The notes below the pieces were generated by a model. It did no database searches. It was given only the letters and a program-made list of their open reading frames with translations, and was not told the origin of the DNA. From the IMG/VR virus record IMGVR_UViG_3300017933_000003, positions 1-64,000 of that record: a stretch of 64,000 nt of DNA; one strand, written 5' to 3'. Each line of letters opens with the position of its first letter. Within the stretch, counting starts at the first letter, position 1. Position numbers and translations under genes: made by a program. Source of the DNA: a virus. Taxonomy: Duplodnaviria; Caudoviricetes. This document shows, one piece after another, positions 59,771 through 64,000 of this stretch.

Positions 59771-61051
59771 ATGGCACGCTTTGTCGGAGTCAAAAATAAT
59801 CGTATTTGCATAGTATCAGATAAACCGTTCAGCAATGATGGTTTGCAGGTGTTAGAAATACCACCCGAGTTATCTGACGTGAATGCTGCTGACCTAATCA
59901 TTAGATGTAAAGTGAAAGATGGTATAATCAAGTGTAAAACTTTCAAGAAGGCTGCCAAACAAATGAAGGTTGCTTTAGTGGGTAATTGGAAGATGCGCTG
60001 TGGAATCGCTACTTACTCCGAAAACTTATGGAGCGAAGTCGTTAAACATGTAGGCGGTTTCAAACTTTTTATCGAGAAAAATGATCTGCCAACCGGCGAT
60101 GTTCATCAAATTGGCACACAATTGATACCAGATAGTCAAGTTTCCGCGTGCTGGAAACGCGGTGAGTCACTCAAGCAACTCATTGCTGAATTAAAAGAAT
60201 ATGATCCCGATATCATTTGGATCCAACATGAATTTGGGCTGTGGCCTAATGCCGCATATTGGTTGTCAATGATGTCTCAGCTGTCTGACTATCGTGTTAT
60301 TGTTACTATGCACTCAGTTTTTCATCATCGAGATAAGACTATTGTTGAAGCGGCTATGCCAGAAATTGTAACTCATTTGGAAGGTGGTAAGAGACTTTTA
60401 CAAGAAGAGAAGGGTATTACTTCTAAAGTGCACGTTATCCCTCATGGTTGCCAGCCATTTAATAACGAGAGGTTATGGAATTTCTATAAGTCTGATAAAA
60501 CTTTCCTGCAATTTGGTTTCGGTTTTCGTTACAAAGGTTGGGAGAATGCGGTTATGGCTACCGCTATCCTGGCTAAAAAATATCCCGAGGTTTTTTTCAC
60601 GGGACTATTTTCCGATTCTCCTTATGCTAAAACGGAACATCAGATTTACTTTAGCGAGTTGATGCAGTTGGCAGATCGGCTCGATATACGGAATAATATC
60701 GCTATTTTACGTGGTTATCAATCAGATGCCTCTTTAGATAGTTTCTTGCGTACTAATCAAGCTACCATCTTTCCGTACGTCTCTTCTCCCGAACATGAGG
60801 TTTTTGGTGCTTCTGGTGCCGCACGCATGGCAATGTCCAAAGGATTACCAGTAGTTACTTCTTCAGTCAATCACTTTTCTGATTTGCCCACCTTACAAGC
60901 CGATACGCCTGAACAATTAGCTAATGCACTGGAATATATCTTTACTGTACCAGGTGCTAAAGAAGCACAGGTAAAAAAGCAAATTGCCTATCTTGATGAT
61001 AACACTTGGGAAAAGTGCGCTTTGCGCTATATTAAGATCTTCGAGGAATGA
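59771..61051 (+). CDS. glycosyltransferase family 4 (GT-B)
   Basis: CGIATYS, IQHEFG, TMHSV, FGFGFRYKG and SGAARMAMSKGLPVVTS. Confidence 0.85.
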   Translation: MARFVGVKNNRICIVSDKPFSNDGLQVLEIPPELSDVNAADLIIRCKVKDGIIKCKTFKKAAKQMKVALVGNWKMRCGIATYSENLWSEVVKHVGGFKLFIEKNDLPTGDVHQIGTQLIPDSQVSACWKRGESLKQLIAELKEYDPDIIWIQHEFGLWPNAAYWLSMMSQLSDYRVIVTMHSVFHHRDKTIVEAAMPEIVTHLEGGKRLLQEEKGITSKVHVIPHGCQPFNNERLWNFYKSDKTFLQFGFGFRYKGWENAVMATAILAKKYPEVFFTGLFSDSPYAKTEHQIYFSELMQLADRLDIRNNIAILRGYQSDASLDSFLRTNQATIFPYVSSPEHEVFGASGAARMAMSKGLPVVTSSVNHFSDLPTLQADTPEQLANALEYIFTVPGAKEAQVKKQIAYLDDNTWEKCALRYIKIFEE

Positions 61052-61129
61052 AATTAACGATAAAAAACGATATGACCTATGAAATTAATGATATATAGAG
61101 GTTAGGACCCAAATTAACCTCGGTAAAAC

Positions 61130-61768
61130 ATGTTCTGTATCATTTATAAAATTGTTAACCTTCGGAACAAGAAACTCTATATAGGGCAGACTTGGTCATC
61201 CTTATCTCATCGATGGGGACAGCATATCTCGTCTAAAAGATGCCTCAAATTAGCTAACGCTATCGACAAATATGGCGTTTCTAATTTTAGCATAGAACTT
61301 ATCACCATAGCTCATACACAAGAGATGGCTGATTGGCTTGAAGATTATTTTATCAATAAATTTGATACTATTAAATTAGGGTACAATATTCGAGGTGGTG
61401 GCAGTCGTGGAAAACTTTCACAAGCAACCCGACAGAAAATATCTATTGCTAATACTGGTAAAAAATTTACAGAAGCAACAAAGATGAAATGTTCTTTAGC
61501 TCGTAAAGGCAAGTTAGGTCCAAATAAAGGAAAGATGATACCATTAAGTCCTGGTGCGGGCACACCCAAAGGAACAAAACCGTGGAATACGGGCACTAAA
61601 GGTGTTGTAGTTGCTTGGAACAAAGGTAGAAATAGTAATGATCGTTTGTTTACTGAAGAACAGGAACTTGTGATAGCGAAGGATGAAAGATCATCCAGAG
61701 TTTTAGCTAAGGAATATGGCGTATCTCGCTCTCACATTCTAAATATAAGGAAGCGCCATAAGGAGTAA
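61130..61768 (+). CDS. GIY-YIG homing endonuclease with NUMOD3-like repeats
   Basis: IIYKIVN...LYIGQT; GYN; TRQKISIANTGKK. Confidence 0.88.
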   Translation: MFCIIYKIVNLRNKKLYIGQTWSSLSHRWGQHISSKRCLKLANAIDKYGVSNFSIELITIAHTQEMADWLEDYFINKFDTIKLGYNIRGGGSRGKLSQATRQKISIANTGKKFTEATKMKCSLARKGKLGPNKGKMIPLSPGAGTPKGTKPWNTGTKGVVVAWNKGRNSNDRLFTEEQELVIAKDERSSRVLAKEYGVSRSHILNIRKRHKE

Positions 61769-61770
61769 TA

Positions 61771-62748
61771 ATGAGTAATTACGAATTAAATGTGATAAGC
61801 CACCATCAAGATTTTAATGGCAAATCACTTAGAAAATATTATGTGAATGGTATTGACACGGTGGGAGCTTACGGTAATGAGCCGTTTTCTATCGTATTTA
61901 AAAACAATACTTGGCAGAAGGTACAAGTAGTTATTAGTGTTGATGGGACTGATGTTTTTACTGGTAAACGTGCCAGCACCGAACCAAATAATAAAATGTG
62001 GGTAGTTAATCCATGTTCTAAATTGGAACTTTCTGCCTGGTGTGAAAATGATTTTGGTGGCGCTTCTTTCGTATTTACCAGCGCTGATAATAGTGTTGCC
62101 ATCCATACTCATGGCGATCTCTCCAGTCGTGGTATCATCGCTGCTGCCGTTTTCGTGGAAGGACATGTTGAGCCACAGAGATTAGATCGGCACTATCATT
62201 ATCACTACGATTATACTTGGCCCAATTTCTGGATCAACTATCCATATACTACTATCGGCACTCTCAGCTCTCAGTATACTGGCTCTATTACCTCCCCAAC
62301 CTGGACTATCTATAATAATACCAATACTACTGGCGTTGTCAGTCAAAATAATGCTATCAATTTAGGTAATATCGGTCACAACTCTGCTACTTTTGATTCT
62401 TGCGAAGTCGGTGAGGCAATGCCCGCTGCTTCTGAGATGAGTGGAACCAGAGCTAGACAATCACTAGAAAGTTTAGTAGCCGTAGGCGCTGGACAACATG
62501 TGGATCAAAAAATCTCTTATGTTCAGGGTTTGATTAAACCAGTCTTTACTGAGACGGTTAGAGTTAAATATGTTTGGTGGGATACATTAGTGGAAATGTT
62601 AAGACAAAATAATGTGCCGACTGCTCATCCATCGGGTTTCCCAGCAGATGGTGATAAACATCATCATATCAACTTGTGTAGTACTCCCAGATTGCCAAAG
62701 CATGGAAGTTTTACTCGTTCGGTGCAGCCCGTTTATCAAAGAGTATAA
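61771..62748 (+). CDS. conserved hypothetical protein
   Basis: 325-aa ORF; VVISVDGTDV...GIIAAAVFVE block. Confidence 0.65.
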   Translation: MSNYELNVISHHQDFNGKSLRKYYVNGIDTVGAYGNEPFSIVFKNNTWQKVQVVISVDGTDVFTGKRASTEPNNKMWVVNPCSKLELSAWCENDFGGASFVFTSADNSVAIHTHGDLSSRGIIAAAVFVEGHVEPQRLDRHYHYHYDYTWPNFWINYPYTTIGTLSSQYTGSITSPTWTIYNNTNTTGVVSQNNAINLGNIGHNSATFDSCEVGEAMPAASEMSGTRARQSLESLVAVGAGQHVDQKISYVQGLIKPVFTETVRVKYVWWDTLVEMLRQNNVPTAHPSGFPADGDKHHHINLCSTPRLPKHGSFTRSVQPVYQRV

Positions 62749-62773
62749 ATTCACTTATTCCTAATCATTTACG

Positions 62774-62803
62774 AAGGCAGCGTCGTTCGGGCGCTGCCTT
62801 TTT
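62774..62803 (+). terminator. rho-independent terminator
   Basis: AAGGCAGCG/CGCTGCCTT stem followed by a T-run. Confidence 0.75.
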
Positions 62804-62819
62804 ATTATTACCGTCTCCC

Positions 62820-62847
62820 TTGACAGGTGAGTTGTAGAAATTAACTT
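62820..62847 (+). promoter_or_regulatory. sigma70-like promoter
   Basis: CCCTTGACA-16 nt-TAACTT. Confidence 0.45.
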
Positions 62848-62867
62848 GAAGCTGTAGGAGAAATACC

Positions 62868-63005
62868 GTGCTTGTTTGGATCGTAATACTGGTCTTCAAC
62901 TTATATTTCGCTTTTATTCTGGCAGGAAGCTGGGAAGCAATCGTTAGTTTGATGTTTGTTGCCCTGGCGACGTATTACATCATCCAAAATGTTCGACGAA
63001 AATAG
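62868..63005 (+). CDS. small membrane protein (45 aa, not in the ORF track)
   Basis: AGGAG RBS, GTG start, two hydrophobic stretches. Confidence 0.5.
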   Translation: MLVWIVILVFNLYFAFILAGSWEAIVSLMFVALATYYIIQNVRRK

Positions 63006-63077
63006 CGTGGGCATAACGATATATATTCTTTGAACCCAGAGAGGGTTCACGAAAACTGAATTCACGGAGAGTGAAAA

Positions 63078-64000
63078 ATGGAAAGTACATTTCAATACGA
63101 ATTTTCGATCTTTATCGGTCGCTTCCAGCCATTCCACCTAGCTCATTACGAGTTAGTTAAAGAGGCGCTGAAGTTAGCCAGGACAGCCATCGTGGTGATT
63201 GGTAGCTACAAGAGAGCGCCATCACCCAAACATCCCTTCTCGGGTGAGGAACGCGAAGCTATGATGCGCGCTGCCCTGACATCAGAAGAGAATGGGCGTG
63301 TCAAAGTTATCTTTATGCACGACTATCTATACAACGACAATATGTGGTTGGCAGATGCTGCGCAGAAGGTGTTGGAACTAACCGACGACTCTGAGAGTAT
63401 TGTGCTGGTGGGTCATGATCATGACGACACCTCCTACTATTTAGAGCAGTTTCCACAGTGGCAGAAGCATTTGGTCCCCAACTTGGATCACTTTCCACAT
63501 GCCACAGAAATTCGATATCTGTATTTTACGCATGACGTTCAATACAAGAAGCTACTTCATTCTAAAACCATGGAGTACTTGGAAGCCTTCAAAAGAACAG
63601 ATAAATTCAAAGGACTCAAAGCTTATTTCGATGCGGTGCGAGCCAGCAAGGCGGAATGGTCAGGGGCACCTTATCCTCCCATTTTTCACACTGTAGACGC
63701 TGTGGTTATCAAGTCGGGACATATTTTATGTGTTCGTCGCGGCAAGGCTTACGGTGGCGGGCAAATCGCTCTGCCCGGAGGCTTCCTTAATGAGAGAGAG
63801 TACATCAAAGTGGGAGCACTGCGAGAGTTGAAGGAAGAAACTGCTATCGCTCTAGATAAGAAGGTTTTGTCTGCCGCTGTCAAAGCAGAGCATGTCTTCG
63901 ACCATCCCGACCGTTCGGAGCGTGGTCGCACCATTACTACCGCCTACTTCATCGACTTGGGGAATGGTCCACTGCCTAAGGTGAAGGGTAGTGATGATGC
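63078..64000 (+). CDS. bifunctional NMN adenylyltransferase / ADP-ribose Nudix hydrolase (NadM-Nudix), truncated by the window end
   Basis: manual translation FIGRFQPFHLAH, HPFSGEER, TVDAVV, ALPGGF...ALRELKEET. Confidence 0.9.
   Translation, partial: MESTFQYEFSIFIGRFQPFHLAHYELVKEALKLARTAIVVIGSYKRAPSPKHPFSGEEREAMMRAALTSEENGRVKVIFMHDYLYNDNMWLADAAQKVLELTDDSESIVLVGHDHDDTSYYLEQFPQWQKHLVPNLDHFPHATEIRYLYFTHDVQYKKLLHSKTMEYLEAFKRTDKFKGLKAYFDAVRASKAEWSGAPYPPIFHTVDAVVIKSGHILCVRRGKAYGGGQIALPGGFLNEREYIKVGALRELKEETAIALDKKVLSAAVKAEHVFDHPDRSERGRTITTAYFIDLGNGPLPKVKGSDD

Noticed and set aside
530-63934. Numerous antisense and alternative-frame ORFs in the supplied track (for example 6540-7055, 14246-15010, 28287-28646, 33926-34267, 50861-51145)
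   Set aside because: They overlap well-supported genes or RNA genes, and they lack RBSs and motifs; treated as shadow ORFs.
1-64000. Stop-codon reassignment implied by the CUA and UCA tRNAs
   Set aside because: Recognisable genes are intact in code 11, and several end in TAG or TGA with tight coupling to the next gene.

Overview
This is an AT-rich, gene-dense, mostly plus-strand segment that looks like part of a jumbo (huge) bacteriophage genome. The evidence is about 33 tRNA or tRNA-like genes in small arrays, about 18 free-standing homing-type endonucleases (HNH, LAGLIDADG, GIY-YIG, PD-(D/E)xK), many short orphan ORFs and host-like auxiliary genes. No capsid, tail or terminase genes were recognised here and the host cannot be determined. 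Recognisable functions: NAD/nucleotide salvage (three Nudix proteins, a CinA-like/nucleotidyltransferase fusion, NadM-Nudix, cytidine deaminase, CoaD); RNA processing and repair (an RNase P RNA, a Ro60/TROVE protein, an Rnl2-like ligase, a 2H phosphoesterase, a CYTH protein, RNase HII, a 5'-3' exonuclease); translation and folding (EF-Ts, GroES); a TPP-enzyme plus KAS III-like gene pair; and glycan-modifying enzymes. Four observations stand out. (1) A four-copy family of covarying stem-loop RNAs sits between tRNAs and resembles Ro60-binding Y RNAs, in a genome that also encodes Ro60 and its own RNase P RNA. (2) Several tRNA bodies carry hairpins inserted into the anticodon or D loop, lack the anticodon arm, or have suppressor anticodons and non-canonical T-loops. 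(3) An apparent programmed -1 frameshift (U UUU UUA plus hairpin) would fuse cytidine deaminase to a GIY-YIG nuclease that has no start codon of its own. (4) The TPP/KAS III pair could make a small molecule. All product calls come from motif recognition by eye and RNA structures were paired by hand; no searches or folding programs were run.
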